NCBI GenBank assembly: GCA_963804415.1
Contig: CAWDQH010000032.1
Coordinates: 132,435 to 196,434, forward strand
From: an uncultured cyanobacterium
Lineage (GTDB): Bacteria > Cyanobacteriota > Cyanobacteriia > Cyanobacteriales > Nostocaceae
Direction of reading: 5' to 3'
DNA length: 64,000 nucleotides
Each line of letters opens with the position of its first letter. Positions within the stretch are counted from its first letter, which is position 1. The notes beneath the pieces were generated by a model. The model made no database searches. It was not told the origin of the DNA and was given only the letters and a program-made list of their open reading frames with translations. A program made the translations under genes and the position numbers. Of this stretch, positions 40,170 through 51,411 are shown piece by piece.

Positions 40170-40808
40170 TCACTGTTCACTGCTCGCTGCCAAGGCGATC
40201 GCTGCGGGTAAAATTCGATGTTCTTGAATTTGAATTCTGGCGTGCAGTGTATCTGGGGTATCGTCGGGTAGTACTGGCACTGCTGCTTGCATAAGGATTT
40301 TACCGCTGTCCATTTCTAGGGAAACTAAATGTACGGTACAGCCAGTTATTTTCACTTTGGCTTCTATTGCTTGTTCTATTGCTCGTACTCCTTTGAAGCT
40401 GGGTAATAAGCTGGGATGAATATTAATTATTTTTTGGGGAAATGCATCGATCAGTACTTGAGTTACTAAGCGCATCCAGCCTGCCATTATTACCCACTCC
40501 ACACCATGTTGATGCAGTGTTTGTACAATTTGCTTATCTAATTCTTCTCGGTGCTTGTAGTCGCGATGATTGATGAGTACGCTTTTGATTTTCCAGTTGT
40601 CTGCACGTACTGCGGCATAAGCATCTGCATTGTTGTAAATTAAAACTTGAATTTGAGCGTTTAATTGTCCGTTTTTAATAGCCTGGGCAACTGCTTCAAA
40701 ATTACTACCGTTACCAGAAGCCATTATTCCCAATTTTATCGGCTCGCTTGATGCTTGTGATTTTATGGGAATATCGGGACATATTAAACTTGGGGAAACG
40801 GAAGTCAT
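40170..40808 (-). CDS. purN: Phosphoribosylglycinamide formyltransferase
   Basis: ASGNGSNFEA, AGWMR, NIHPSLLPSFKG, GCTVH. Confidence 0.97.
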   Translation of the reverse strand: MTSVSPSLICPDIPIKSQASSEPIKLGIMASGNGSNFEAVAQAIKNGQLNAQIQVLIYNNADAYAAVRADNWKIKSVLINHRDYKHREELDKQIVQTLHQHGVEWVIMAGWMRLVTQVLIDAFPQKIINIHPSLLPSFKGVRAIEQAIEAKVKITGCTVHLVSLEMDSGKILMQAAVPVLPDDTPDTLHARIQIQEHRILPAAIALAASSEQ

Positions 40809-40925
40809 AATTATATAAAAATTGGTAGCAGAAAAAATATTACCGCTTTTTTCGGTGTTGCTACCAAAAATATAAAAGTCGATTGAATGTCAAAGGTACG
40901 CGGAGGGGAATATTGAAATTAAGTT

Positions 40926-41438
40926 TTAAATAATCGTGATTAAATAGCGAATTTCACGGAGTTCAAAGTTTTCTCGTATATCAATTTTTGTTGCTCCATC
41001 TGGTTGAAGCCCCATTTTTTGATAAAAGCTACAAGCTGGTTGATTGGTATCAAGAACCCACAGTGTAACTTGGGTGAATTCTTGATTTTTCATATTTTCT
41101 AAAATAAATTCAAAAAGTTCTGTCCCTAAGCCTTTTCTCCAATCTTGGGGGTTAAGATATATAGATGTTATTTCCCCGGTTACGGTAGAATATTTATCTC
41201 CGTCGCGGGTATGTCCAAAATTAGCAAAACCTACTACTTCGCCGTTAATTTCTTTTACTATAGTATGAGTTTTGGAATCAATTAAAATATTCTGCCAAGC
41301 TTGTTCGCGTTTTGCAATTGATAGATTATCTAAATAACTTTGGGGAATCAAACCTTTGTAAGCTGCTTGCCAAGAGTTAACATGAATTGTGGCAATATCT
41401 TTGATATCTTCAAGAGTTGCAGTTCTAATAGTCATCAA
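40926..41438 (-). CDS. GNAT family N-acetyltransferase
   Basis: IYL.PQDWRKGLG, LWVLDTN..A..FY.KMG. Confidence 0.9.
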   Translation of the reverse strand: MMTIRTATLEDIKDIATIHVNSWQAAYKGLIPQSYLDNLSIAKREQAWQNILIDSKTHTIVKEINGEVVGFANFGHTRDGDKYSTVTGEITSIYLNPQDWRKGLGTELFEFILENMKNQEFTQVTLWVLDTNQPACSFYQKMGLQPDGATKIDIRENFELREIRYLITII

Positions 41439-41489
41439 TAGAAGATAGTTTTAGTACCCAGTTTAAAAAAAGCTGGGTTTACTGTTTAA

Positions 41490-41684
41490 TCAAACATCAA
41501 CATTTATCTGTTCTATCTGTCTAGCAGCTTTCTCCCAAAGCTTTGCTGAAGTTTCATCTTGCCAATGAGTCCTCAGATTTTCTGCTTTTTTATGACATAT
41601 TCGCTCTAGTAATTCTAAGATTGTGGGTAATGTCAATTTATCAACTAACCCTTCCACAATTTCCATATATTCTTTGTGTATCAT
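41490..41684 (-). CDS. Small conserved cyanobacterial hypothetical protein
   Basis: LVDKLTL..ILELLERICHKKAENLRTHWQD...WEKAA; GGAG RBS upstream. Confidence 0.65.
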   Translation of the reverse strand: MIHKEYMEIVEGLVDKLTLPTILELLERICHKKAENLRTHWQDETSAKLWEKAARQIEQINVDV

Positions 41685-42012
41685 AATTAGCTCCTTGATG
41701 TCCGCTAATATCTTATGAAAAAACCATGCAAAATGCTTTTAACTTCGCAAATATTTTATTAAGTTTTATTGCTTATTTAGATCGGTATTTTGTCGGTTTC
41801 TAAAGGTAGTTTAACATCTTATAGAATATTTAATTTTTATGATTTATATAAATAAACAAAAAGTGTTTAAAGCTGGTTATGGAGCGAAACTTGATATAAA
41901 CACATAAATATATTAAATAGTAAACTAACGGATATTGTTATTCGCAACTAAACCCGTCAGTTTGTTTATTGGTAATCTTTTTATTATTTAGAGTTGAATT
42001 TATAGATTAGAA

Positions 42013-42477
42013 CTACAGCTTGGCTTGGGCAAGTTTAAATAAATCCTCATTTCCATAAGACCACAAAACTCTAAATTTCCAGTGTTTAATTTTCCATTGA
42101 GATTCGCTACGCATCAGTTGAACTGTATAATAGCCGCCCATTTCAAATACAGAATCACCATTCTCGTTTGGTAGAAAATGCATGGCTCGTACATGAGCTT
42201 GGCAAGTTGCCAAATCGCCTTCTACTTTTACTTGATGGTTGGTAATCTGGTGTTGAGTCGCTTGGAATCCGGACAAATCGTGACGAGCAGTGTTGGCAAT
42301 TTCTTCGGGTGACAATTGCCCGGATTTGACTCCGATTGAAGAATAGTCGAATTCGGTGGGATTATGAAACAGGCTTTGCAACTTCTCCCAATCTCGTAAA
42401 TCAATCGCTAATCCGAATGCGCTTATAAGTTCGATAATACTTAACGTATCTGTCAATAATTTAGTTTGTTCGTTCAT
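42013..42477 (-). CDS. SnoaL-like / NTF2-family protein
   Basis: FGLAIDLRDW, TQHQITNH, A..RAMH, GGYY...WKI. Confidence 0.85.
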   Translation of the reverse strand: MNEQTKLLTDTLSIIELISAFGLAIDLRDWEKLQSLFHNPTEFDYSSIGVKSGQLSPEEIANTARHDLSGFQATQHQITNHQVKVEGDLATCQAHVRAMHFLPNENGDSVFEMGGYYTVQLMRSESQWKIKHWKFRVLWSYGNEDLFKLAQAKL

Positions 42478-43064
42478 CAAGATTCCTCAACTAATTCGCG
42501 GTTAAGAAACGGATAATCTGTATACCCCCGCTCATATTGATAACTAATTTCTACTATTGATAACTGCGGTATCTTCAGCAATTTTTTCGCTAATTCAATG
42601 CGTTTTTTGATTACATACTGCCAAGGTGTTAACCCAGTAGTCTCTTTAAATACGCGGCAAAAGTGATACTGGCTCATACCAATTGTTGCTGCGATCGCTT
42701 CTAGAGACAATTTTTCGTTTAAATGAGCGTGAATGTAATCTTTTGCTTGTTTTATTTTCGCGTCTTCTGGTGGTATATTACTATCTTGAAGCGGCACGAC
42801 ACAAACATCACCAGCGTGAATTTGTTCTTGTTGAAAACGATTTGCTAATTTGCGTTCAGCTTCAACAATTCCTTTAGTTTGAATTGCGATAACGTGCTGT
42901 GTGGGATAATGCTCCGGTGTTTCATGGGATGGAGAATCGTGATATTCGAGGTACATTCCATTCCAACCAGCTTGATGCGAAGAAATTAAATTTGGATGAG
43001 AAAGTACTTGTGAAGTTGCTTTTTCCTGACTAAAGTTGACTGCAATTAATTTGTCTGATGTCAT
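42477..43064 (-). pseudogene. AraC family regulator with internal deletion and missing second HTH
   Basis: N-terminal cupin stops at GDVCVVP and jumps to the DYIHAHL...MSQYHFCRVFK HTH; ends after ISYQ without the GF..SHF..F..P.YR tail. Confidence 0.65.
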
Positions 43065-43066
43065 GA

Positions 43067-43657
43067 TTAATTCAAAAACTCAATCCCATTTTTTTTAGCA
43101 GCCGAGACAATTTTCTTAATGTCCAATTCACTAGTCTTAAAAGTAATCTCTGATTCGTCTTTTAAGATAGTACCTACTTCCGATAACATCTTGGGTAAAG
43201 CATCACTTCGACTTACTACTAAAACTTTTCCTTCTCCCGCGCCAATATGTTTAAAGCCAAAAGGAACACCCGAAGGAATGGAAACAATCTCACCTTGGGT
43301 TACTTGGGTATTTTGCTCTGGCTCGGAGAAAGCAAACTCAAAGTCTCCTTTAATAATGTATATTTCTTCTGGAGCCTGAAGAACGTGTTTTCTTAACAGC
43401 AACCCTTCATATTTAGGTGGCTGAGTTATTTCAGTTTTAGAGATAACTTGAGAAGTATTGCTATTAAAAGGTTTATAGGTATTAAAAGTTTTATAGGTAA
43501 ATATTTCTCTTCCTACTGCTACAGTTTTACTATAGTTGGGATGAAAAACTGATATATTTTGAGAGGTTAAGGCAGCGGCAAAATCTGAAGTCGGATACAT
43601 TGTAGCTGTTAAAGACACAAATAAAACGAAGAAAAGATAAATTATTATTTTCATCAT
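43067..43657 (-). CDS. Cupin domain protein with signal-peptide-like N-terminus
   Basis: H...PEEIYIIKGDFEF...GEIVSIPSGVPFGF. Confidence 0.7.
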   Translation of the reverse strand: MMKIIIYLFFVLFVSLTATMYPTSDFAAALTSQNISVFHPNYSKTVAVGREIFTYKTFNTYKPFNSNTSQVISKTEITQPPKYEGLLLRKHVLQAPEEIYIIKGDFEFAFSEPEQNTQVTQGEIVSIPSGVPFGFKHIGAGEGKVLVVSRSDALPKMLSEVGTILKDESEITFKTSELDIKKIVSAAKKNGIEFLN

Positions 43658-43726
43658 AATTTTTGGTTGTTAGATTAGTTAATACAGTGCGAGTCTTTTT
43701 TTATATCCTGATAAACGAACGATCGC

Positions 43727-43786
43727 TTATGCCAAACCACCATTAGCGCGAATATTTTGTCCTGTAATCCAGCGTGAATCATCGTG
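43727..43786 (-). pseudogene. C-terminal remnant of a short-chain dehydrogenase
   Basis: Minus strand reads DDSRWITGQNIRANGGLA*, the classic SDR C-terminus, with no upstream body. Confidence 0.65.
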
Positions 43787-43828
43787 CAACTTTGTTATTT
43801 AATGTCATTATTTTAATTTTGTTGTTAG

Positions 43829-44476
43829 TTATGCCCGATTTAAAAGATTACAAATAGTATCAACATCAGTCATTACAGCATCAGCAGTAAATTTAATACT
43901 TTCCAAAGAACGCTTTCCGGCTTCATCATTTCCTGCTCCACAAGCATCGGTAATAATTACGGGAATATAGCCTCTATCTGCTCCATGACGAATCGTTGGC
44001 TCGATACCAATTTCCGTAGCTATACCGACAATTGCAAAGGAATTAATCCCGCAATCTTTCAAAGCGATATCTAAAAAAGTGCCCTCGAAAGCAGACATGG
44101 TAATTTTGTCAAAAATAACCTCCGAAGGAAGAGGAGATAGTTCGGGTATCAATTGAAAACGTTCGGAATCGCGTAAAAACCAAGGATTTACTTGCTCTAC
44201 TTTATCGGTTCCCTGCCAAGTCATTGCTTGTCGCAGTTGAAAAACTCCGGCAGCTTCTTTTGGTAATGACAAATGACGGCAGAAAAATACTCGAAATCCT
44301 CCCTTTCGAGCCGCTTCAAGTACTTTTAAAATGTTATTTTTAATTCTTTGAGTTTTTTCTTTTGGTAATTGGTTCATAATGCCAACTTGCATATCGTAAA
44401 CCAAAAGTGCCATCTTTTCGGGATGACAAATTTCTGATAAATTTTGAGGTATTTCTAAATTAAAAGCGCGTTCCAT
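43829..44476 (-). CDS. Isochorismatase/cysteine hydrolase family protein
   Basis: ALLVYDMQ, FDKITMSAFEGT, GIATEIGI.PT.RHG.DRGY. Confidence 0.9.
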   Translation of the reverse strand: MERAFNLEIPQNLSEICHPEKMALLVYDMQVGIMNQLPKEKTQRIKNNILKVLEAARKGGFRVFFCRHLSLPKEAAGVFQLRQAMTWQGTDKVEQVNPWFLRDSERFQLIPELSPLPSEVIFDKITMSAFEGTFLDIALKDCGINSFAIVGIATEIGIEPTIRHGADRGYIPVIITDACGAGNDEAGKRSLESIKFTADAVMTDVDTICNLLNRA

Positions 44477-44582
44477 TTTATTACCTTGATTATTATTAGT
44501 ACAAAACTTTTACGCTAGCTAAAATGCGTCAATTATTAATTTTGATTACTTTCTTCTTAATTAGAGATGATTGCTGAAAAAA

Positions 44583-44610
44583 AACCGCAGAGGCGCAGAG
44601 GGCGCAGAGG
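44583..44610. repeat. AACCGCAGAG-GCGCAGAG repeat (family also at 27445, 29558, 56944-57096, 59449)
   Basis: aaccgcagaggcgcagagggcgcagagg. Confidence 0.7.
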
Positions 44611-44662
44611 TAATAATCAAACAAAGAGAGGTAACAAGAGCAATCTAAAATCCAAAATCGGA

Positions 44663-45322
44663 TCACCAAGGCAATACTTCACCGTTAGAATGCCAAAATG
44701 TCCCAGTGTTTTCCATTTTCAATTCATCAATCCGAGCCAATAAACCTTTAACTGATTCTTCGGTGGTAATTCCAGAAAAGCCAGTCATGCGGGTTTTAAC
44801 TAATCCTGGATGCAGAATAGCGACGGGAATATTTTTCGATTTCAAATCTTCAGATAACGATTTACCTGCCATTGATAAAGCAACTTTCGACATTCGATAA
44901 CCGTAGGAACCGCCAGAAGTATTGTCATCAATCGAACCCATGCGGCTAGTCATGAAAATGATTTTGGAACCAGATTTTAAATTATTTAATAAAGCCTGAG
45001 TTAATCTTAATGGCCCAACTGCATTAACTTCAAACTGCTTGCGAATGCTGTCAAAATCTAAATTATCTAAGCTAACTCGCTCGATAATACCGGCGTTATT
45101 GATCAAAACATCAAGTTGTTTACCATCAAGTTTTTTAACTAATTGAGCTACTGAAGATTCAGTTGTAATATCAACATCTGTTTCAACTTGTACGCCTAAA
45201 TCTTTTAATTCATCCGACGTTGAACGACAAACTGCAATAACATCATCACCTCTTTCTTTAAGTTGACGACAATATTCTAAGCCGATACCTCGGTTTGCAC
45301 CTGTTACTAAATAAGTTGGCAT
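44663..45322 (-). CDS. SDR family oxidoreductase (CsgA-like)
   Basis: TGANRGIG, NNAG, YRMSK, HPGLVKTRM. Confidence 0.95.
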   Translation of the reverse strand: MPTYLVTGANRGIGLEYCRQLKERGDDVIAVCRSTSDELKDLGVQVETDVDITTESSVAQLVKKLDGKQLDVLINNAGIIERVSLDNLDFDSIRKQFEVNAVGPLRLTQALLNNLKSGSKIIFMTSRMGSIDDNTSGGSYGYRMSKVALSMAGKSLSEDLKSKNIPVAILHPGLVKTRMTGFSGITTEESVKGLLARIDELKMENTGTFWHSNGEVLPW

Positions 45323-45359
45323 ATTATTTTTAAGTTTACTTCCAGTTTAAGAAAAATTT

Positions 45360-45995
45360 CTAATCGCTTGTTACAGAATCAACAAGCTCGTAAAGATGAT
45401 GTTCGTTTTCAGCGATTCCTTCCCAATAAGCAGATTCGCTACTAAACCCCGGCTGCTTCTTCAGATTTTCAATTGCTTCTTGATTGCTCCACTGTCCGTA
45501 ATTAATCACGCGAGTTCCATCGAGACTGCGATGAAAGTTAGCCGATACTAATCCCGGTAATTTCATTGCTTTACCAACATTTTCTTCTGCTAATTCCACC
45601 ATTCGGGGTTGATTTTCGGGCTGCATTCGGAATTCAGCAAAATGGTAAATATATTTTTTATCTATTTGTGGTATACCTTCTTTCGACTCAGAAATAACTA
45701 CTTCATAAATATGGCTATCCGGCGGATTAAATTGTCTTAGTTTGGCTGCCTTTTCTTGTGTTTCGGCATTGTTAATAAAATTTTCAAAGTCTTCTTTCGT
45801 TTTCCATTGAGCATAGTTAGCAACTTTTAAGCCATCTAAGCTTTTGTGAATATTCGCAGAAACAAAACCGGGCTGTTGTTTTACCGTATCGCCAAATTCG
45901 GCAATGGTATCTATTAATTCTTGTTGTTTTTCTGCCTCAACATTAAAAATGATGATTACGGTAGCGACTTCGTTGTTTGTAGCGATGCTAGGCAT
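45360..45995 (-). CDS. Antibiotic biosynthesis monooxygenase (two ABM domains)
   Basis: Duplicated PG.VSAN.H.SLDG..V.NY.QW motif. Confidence 0.85.
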   Translation of the reverse strand: MPSIATNNEVATVIIIFNVEAEKQQELIDTIAEFGDTVKQQPGFVSANIHKSLDGLKVANYAQWKTKEDFENFINNAETQEKAAKLRQFNPPDSHIYEVVISESKEGIPQIDKKYIYHFAEFRMQPENQPRMVELAEENVGKAMKLPGLVSANFHRSLDGTRVINYGQWSNQEAIENLKKQPGFSSESAYWEGIAENEHHLYELVDSVTSD

Positions 45996-46295
45996 TGATA
46001 TCTCCTGTTTATATCGTTGTCACCTATTTATTGAAGTTACGATAAAAAAGTGCATAAGTAAAATTGTTTTTACTAATGTACTCTGATTGAATATGAACTG
46101 TATCGATATAGAGAAATTAGAGGATGATGCTAATTTAATTAAGCTTAATTCTTACTATTGCTACCACAAAATAGATCGCAAGTTTTAATCAACTTCAAAA
46201 ATCATACTTTAGAAATCTTTTTTTATATCAAAGGAATGAAGACTTTCTTGTAAATTAACGAATAGCGTGTTTATTTTTAGATTGCTTCTTTCAAC

Positions 46296-46416
46296 TGATA
46301 TCTTGCACCATTCTCAACGAGCTTTTAGAAACCCGGTTTCTTGCTGATTGCACAACGCGATTGTCGTGTTTTCACAAAAATAAACCGGGTTTGCGGAAAC
46401 TGCTACAAAATGTAAG
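46296..46416. mobile_element. Degenerate MITE related to the element at 23610
   Basis: Left end atcttgcaccatt; internal aaacccggttt / aaaccgggttt pair; right end degraded (acaaaatgtaag). Confidence 0.5.
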
Positions 46417-46596
46417 CTTCCATGAAAAAAGTAGCAAGACTTATCTAAATCTCCATTCTCTACAAATCAAGCAAAAGTAAAGTTTAGTATCAAAGTTAAC
46501 TTTATAGTAGTTAAAAGTATTAATTTAGAAATATCTTCTTTAAGTTAACAGCTTTTTAAATCAACTATCGATAATTTGAAATAGGTCGGCAATATC

Positions 46597-46902
46597 ATGT
46601 CACGTCTTCTGCAAATAGTTCAAAACACCTTTGTTCGCGTTATAGCTTTCTTCTCTGTAATATTTGGTTCCGTTTCTGGCTTTTTCGGGAAAATCTTTGG
46701 CGGTTTCGGTAAAAGTTTAGGGTTTTCTGATTCTAATTCAGGATATTACGTAGATTCCGACACAAAAAAAGCGATAGAAGAAACTAAAACCCCCGTCGCA
46801 ATAAAAACTCCCGAGCCTGCTGTTAATAGCGATCGCCGTCGTCCAAAAAAATCTAACATGGACGATTTTATGAAAATGGCAAAAGAAATCAAGAAAGGTT
46901 AA
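46597..46902 (+). CDS. Conserved cyanobacterial hypothetical protein
   Basis: Amphipathic F/G-rich N-terminus; C-terminal RRRP...MDDFMKMAKEIK. Confidence 0.65.
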   Translation: MSRLLQIVQNTFVRVIAFFSVIFGSVSGFFGKIFGGFGKSLGFSDSNSGYYVDSDTKKAIEETKTPVAIKTPEPAVNSDRRRPKKSNMDDFMKMAKEIKKG

Positions 46903-46988
46903 TTTTGTCGAATATCAATTAATAATGTAGAGACGTTGCAGTGCAACGTCTTTCTAATTATGAAATAAACAAATATTTTATTGACAAA

Positions 46989-47564
46989 ATGCAAAATGCA
47001 ATTGAACAAGCAGCCGATTTTTTACAAAACGAAATTAAAAAACCACCTGAATCAGAAGCTGTAGTAAAAGCGTTAATTGCAGCAGAAAAAGCGGCTAAAC
47101 AAGCCAAAGTAAACTATAGTTATTCGCAGTTGATCGGTAATTGGCGACTGGGGTTTATTACTGGAACTAAAAAGACTCGCAAGCGTGCGGGAGTTGTTTT
47201 AGGAGCGGGAAGATTTTTATCAAGGCTGGTAAAAATTCAACTTTCCTACAGTCAATCGGAATCGCAAGAAAAAGGAAACGTTGAAAATTCCGTACAATTC
47301 GGTTTATTCAAAATAGTTTTAACAGGACCAGTAAAATTTTGGAATAATAAAAATATCCTCGCATTTGATTTTACCAAAATGCGGTTATCTTTATCGGGAT
47401 TAAAATTATATCAAGGTTACATTCGCGGCGGAAAAGATAGAGAAGAAACTTTTTACCAACAGACTTTGAAAGAGCAAGCATTTTTTACCTACTTTTTAAT
47501 AGAAGATAACTACATTGCCGCAAGAGGTAAAGGCGGTGGATTGGCTTTGTGGACTAAACAGTGA
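46989..47564 (+). CDS. Conserved hypothetical protein (lipocalin/fibrillin-like fold possible)
   Basis: LIGNWRLGFITG, LAFDF, ARGKGGGLALW; the longer ORF start lies in a REP. Confidence 0.7.
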   Translation: MQNAIEQAADFLQNEIKKPPESEAVVKALIAAEKAAKQAKVNYSYSQLIGNWRLGFITGTKKTRKRAGVVLGAGRFLSRLVKIQLSYSQSESQEKGNVENSVQFGLFKIVLTGPVKFWNNKNILAFDFTKMRLSLSGLKLYQGYIRGGKDREETFYQQTLKEQAFFTYFLIEDNYIAARGKGGGLALWTKQ

Positions 47565-47567
47565 ACA

Positions 47568-47635
47568 GTTATCAATTATCAATTACCAATTACCAATTAT
47601 CAATTACCAATTACCCATTACCCATTACCAATTAA
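47568..47635. repeat. STRR heptamer tract (CAATTAC/CAATTAT/CCATTAC)n
   Basis: atcaattatcaattaccaattaccaattat... between convergent genes. Confidence 0.9.
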
Positions 47636-50600
47636 TTACTTCTTCGTCATTGCCCAAACACCGCACCAATCTTCGGGAATTCCATTACACTGCAATTCTT
47701 CAACTCTTTCTAAATATAGTGCTGCTGCTTTATCTTCGGGATTTACAACTAACACTTTTTCAAAATACTCTTTGGCTTTAAGGCAATCACCACAACGATA
47801 ACTTTCCAAACCGTTTTCAAAGTCTGCTAAAGAAAGTAACTTCAAATCGCGAATTTCTGGTAGCTCCCCATCTAATATTTCATAAATGGCGATCGCCTCG
47901 CTTCTTCCTTTAACTATAACTCGATCTAAAAAGCGCATTTGATATTCTTCGGGGTTACTTAATTGTTGTAAAGCTTGTTGGCTAATTACTAAAGATACGC
48001 CATAAAATTTAGTCAAACTTTCTAAACGGGCTGTTAAATTTACGTTGTCGGAAAAAGCATCTCCCTGCATTCTGGCAGATTCTCCTACCATTCCTACCAT
48101 CATATGACCGAAATGCACGCCGATACCGACTTTAATCGGTTGCTGTGCTTTCTCAAGCCGTTTAATATTTTTCTCTTCAACTTTTTTGAGTTTACTAATA
48201 CCAGCCTTGACTGCATCATCAGCACCGTTAGGGAAAACAGCCATCATTCCATCCCCTAGATACTTGACAATAAAACCTGTATGGTTGCGAATTACTGGAG
48301 ATACTTGTCGTAAATAACTATTAACAAAATCGAAGTTTTCTTGGGGTGTCATGCTTTCCGAAAGGGTAGTAAATGAACGAATATCGGAGAACATTACCGC
48401 CATTTCTTTACTTACATGGTCGCCTAATTCTACATCAATAATGCTGTCTTTACTTAAGAATCTCAAATATTCATGGGGAACAAATCTACCATAAGATTTA
48501 CTAGTTTGAGATAGTCTCAGATGAGATTTAATTCTAGTTAGTAATTCATCTTTATGAAAAGGTTTTGTTAAGTAGTCGTTTGCACCGAATTTAAACCCGG
48601 TAACTATATCAGTTACTTGATTTTTTGCAGTCAACATTACAACTGGTAATTGATGCGCTGGGTATTTTTCCCGTAATGTGGCACATACTTTGTAACCGGA
48701 CATTTTTGGCATCATAATGTCAAGGAGTATTAAATCAAATTTTTCTCCTTTTTCCACTATTTCTAAAGCTTCTTTACCGTTTAATGCTTGAGTTACCTGA
48801 TATTTTTGTAGCGATAAATGATTGTTTAATACTTGTAGATTTACTGGCTCGTCATCTACGATTAGTATGTGATATTTACTATTGTTTGAAATAATTTCTA
48901 AAGTCTTGTTGATATTATCAGGTGAATTGAGAGAAGCAAGAGCAGTATTCTTTGCTTGAATATCGGTTTGAGCAATTTTTTGAGATGTATTATATTTTCG
49001 CCTTTGATTAGATGTTTGAGTTTTTTGCTTCTCTGGTTCAATTTTGGAATCGACGACGGGTAAACTAAAGCTGAAATTAGAACCTTTTCCAAGTTCTGAT
49101 TCTACCCAAATATTACCACCGTGGAGTTCAACTAATTGTTTTGTAACTGCTAAACCTAAACCAGTTCCACCATATTCTCGCGCGGTTGAACCGTCTGCTT
49201 GTTCAAATGATTCAAATATCTTTTCGTGTTTTTCGGGAGCAATACCAATTCCTGTATCGGAAATTGTAATTGTTAATTTTTCTTGGTTTTCTTGGGCAAA
49301 AACTTCTACTTTTCCGCTTTCGGTAAACTTAATTGAGTTACCGATAATATTGTAAAGAATTTGCTCTAAACGATGTTCGTCAGCGTAAGCTAAAGGTAAA
49401 TGGTCAGATGTTGAATTAATTAGCTGTAAATCTTTCCTACCAATCAAAGATTGACTAAAATCTAACACTACGTCAATTAAAGAATGTATTCCTACAGGTT
49501 TTTGTTGAAGTTCGATACCTTGATTTTTCAGTTTAGCAAAGTCTAAAATATCGTTGACTAATTCCAATAATCGATGTCCGCTACCAGCAATCATCGACAA
49601 ATTTTTCTGCTGTAAAAAAGTGATTTCTCCCGTTGCACCATCGATAATTGATTCAGCTAAACCAATCATACCGTTAAGAGGAGTTCGTAGTTCGTGAGAA
49701 GTATTAGCTAAAAATTCATCTTTTAACTTATCGAGTCGTTCTAAGTCCTGATTTTTTTCTTCTAAGGTTTCAAAAGACTGATGTAGTTGATGAGCCATGC
49801 TGTTAAATGAATTCGCTAATTGTCCGACTTCATCAATGCGCGAACCTTTAACAGTTTCCGTTCCTTCCCATTTACCTTCTGTAATATCTTTTGCCGCTTT
49901 GTTAAGACGCGAAATTGGTCGAGAAATCCTACGTGCAGTAATAATACCAATAATTATAGAAATAATTAAAGCGAGCAAAGATAATAATAATGTATTGCGC
50001 TGATTGGCATTAATTTGCGCCATGAAATCAGCTTCGGGAATGACAACAACAATCAACCAATCCAAACCATATCTATCTTGAAATGTTGTTACTTGTAAAA
50101 ACTGACGTTTTTCTTTAATATCAAACTCTAGCTGCTGAGTTTTTTTTATATTATTTAAGTCACCAAATCTACTGTTCAAAAACTGTACTGATTGTTTAAC
50201 TAATGGTTCCGTGCTTTGACTAGCATTTAAACGCTTAAATTCCTTTCCTTGTTTAAAATATGTTTTTTCATTAGTTGAAGACCCAACTATCAAACCATCG
50301 CGGTCAATTATGAAAGTTTTACCCGTTTTGCCAACTTTGAAAGTAAGTAAAAAATTTGTAATTTGATTTAAAGATAAATCAGTTGCTAAAACCCCTTGGA
50401 ACTCGTTATTTTGATACACAGGTACGGTAGCCGCGATCGCAATATCACTACCATCCTCATATGAATAGATATCGCTCCATTTAGGACTGATTTTATTTGC
50501 TGAGACTTGATACCAAGGTCTAGTGCGAGAGTCGAAATTTTTTTTACCTAGCTTCGGAGTACCTACTCTTAAACCCTTGTCTCCAGTATTGTAATATAAA

Positions 50601-51070
50601 AATTGACCTGGTAAAAAATCTTCGGTTATTGTAATTGTGTTACCTGGTTCTGCACCAACATATCCACCTTTTTTATTACCAAAATAAATTGCGTTGACAT
50701 CAAATACTTGTTTCTGTTGCCGAAATCGACGTGCAAGTGAATCTTGGTCTTTGAAATTTAATAAATTCATCCGTCCGGATAGAAAATTATTCTGATTAAT
50801 TAAATGCGGTTTTTCAAGGTAATCGCTTAGATGCTGTTCGATGCGATCGCTAATTTCACTCCGCAACTGAGAAACAACATCACCTACTGCTTCACGAGAA
50901 TTCTTAAATGAAAGATACTGAACTATTCCTACTGTTCCTACAATTTGCAATAAAAACGGAACAACCAATACGGTACGCAAAGGAATTCGTTTTCCGACTG
51001 TAGCTAATTGTTGAAAAAATCCTTTGTTATCCTTACCTGTTGCTCGATCGCCCAATTTATCTGCAACCAT
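47636..51070 (-). CDS. Hybrid sensor: TM-dCache-TM-HAMP-His kinase-receiver-class III adenylate cyclase
   Basis: RTRPWY (Cache), [13 protein letters not shown] (HAMP), [53 protein letters not shown]. Confidence 0.93.
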   Translation of the reverse strand: MVADKLGDRATGKDNKGFFQQLATVGKRIPLRTVLVVPFLLQIVGTVGIVQYLSFKNSREAVGDVVSQLRSEISDRIEQHLSDYLEKPHLINQNNFLSGRMNLLNFKDQDSLARRFRQQKQVFDVNAIYFGNKKGGYVGAEPGNTITITEDFLPGQFLYYNTGDKGLRVGTPKLGKKNFDSRTRPWYQVSANKISPKWSDIYSYEDGSDIAIAATVPVYQNNEFQGVLATDLSLNQITNFLLTFKVGKTGKTFIIDRDGLIVGSSTNEKTYFKQGKEFKRLNASQSTEPLVKQSVQFLNSRFGDLNNIKKTQQLEFDIKEKRQFLQVTTFQDRYGLDWLIVVVIPEADFMAQINANQRNTLLLSLLALIISIIIGIITARRISRPISRLNKAAKDITEGKWEGTETVKGSRIDEVGQLANSFNSMAHQLHQSFETLEEKNQDLERLDKLKDEFLANTSHELRTPLNGMIGLAESIIDGATGEITFLQQKNLSMIAGSGHRLLELVNDILDFAKLKNQGIELQQKPVGIHSLIDVVLDFSQSLIGRKDLQLINSTSDHLPLAYADEHRLEQILYNIIGNSIKFTESGKVEVFAQENQEKLTITISDTGIGIAPEKHEKIFESFEQADGSTAREYGGTGLGLAVTKQLVELHGGNIWVESELGKGSNFSFSLPVVDSKIEPEKQKTQTSNQRRKYNTSQKIAQTDIQAKNTALASLNSPDNINKTLEIISNNSKYHILIVDDEPVNLQVLNNHLSLQKYQVTQALNGKEALEIVEKGEKFDLILLDIMMPKMSGYKVCATLREKYPAHQLPVVMLTAKNQVTDIVTGFKFGANDYLTKPFHKDELLTRIKSHLRLSQTSKSYGRFVPHEYLRFLSKDSIIDVELGDHVSKEMAVMFSDIRSFTTLSESMTPQENFDFVNSYLRQVSPVIRNHTGFIVKYLGDGMMAVFPNGADDAVKAGISKLKKVEEKNIKRLEKAQQPIKVGIGVHFGHMMVGMVGESARMQGDAFSDNVNLTARLESLTKFYGVSLVISQQALQQLSNPEEYQMRFLDRVIVKGRSEAIAIYEILDGELPEIRDLKLLSLADFENGLESYRCGDCLKAKEYFEKVLVVNPEDKAAALYLERVEELQCNGIPEDWCGVWAMTKK

Positions 51071-51411
51071 TAAGTTAATCTCCTGTTTCTACAGCCTGCT
51101 TGACTTGTTTTTTACAATTGGCGTTCCGGCTTTCTACGATCGCCCTTTACTTGCTGTATATTTTACAACTTATTTTAATTAATAAGTATTTCCCCTGAAT
51201 TGTTCTAATCATGCTAATATCCTTTAGCTAAAATTATTTTAAAAACATATGTTAATCTTGCTAAAAAAATAAAATTATTTACGAACTCATATAATATAAA
51301 ACTTTACAAAACAGTAAGTAAGTATTTTTAGTGGCGACAATATCCGCGAAATTACTTTATCATATTATTCTAAAAGTGTTTCAAAAGGTTAATTTAGTAA
51401 AGAATAATACT

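Noticed and set aside
39946-40180. Two 62-64 aa Pro-rich ORFs
   Set aside because: Translations of the heptamer STRR tract.
47515-47781. 88-aa ORF with NYQLPI repeats
   Set aside because: Read-through of the CAATTAC tract overlapping two real genes.
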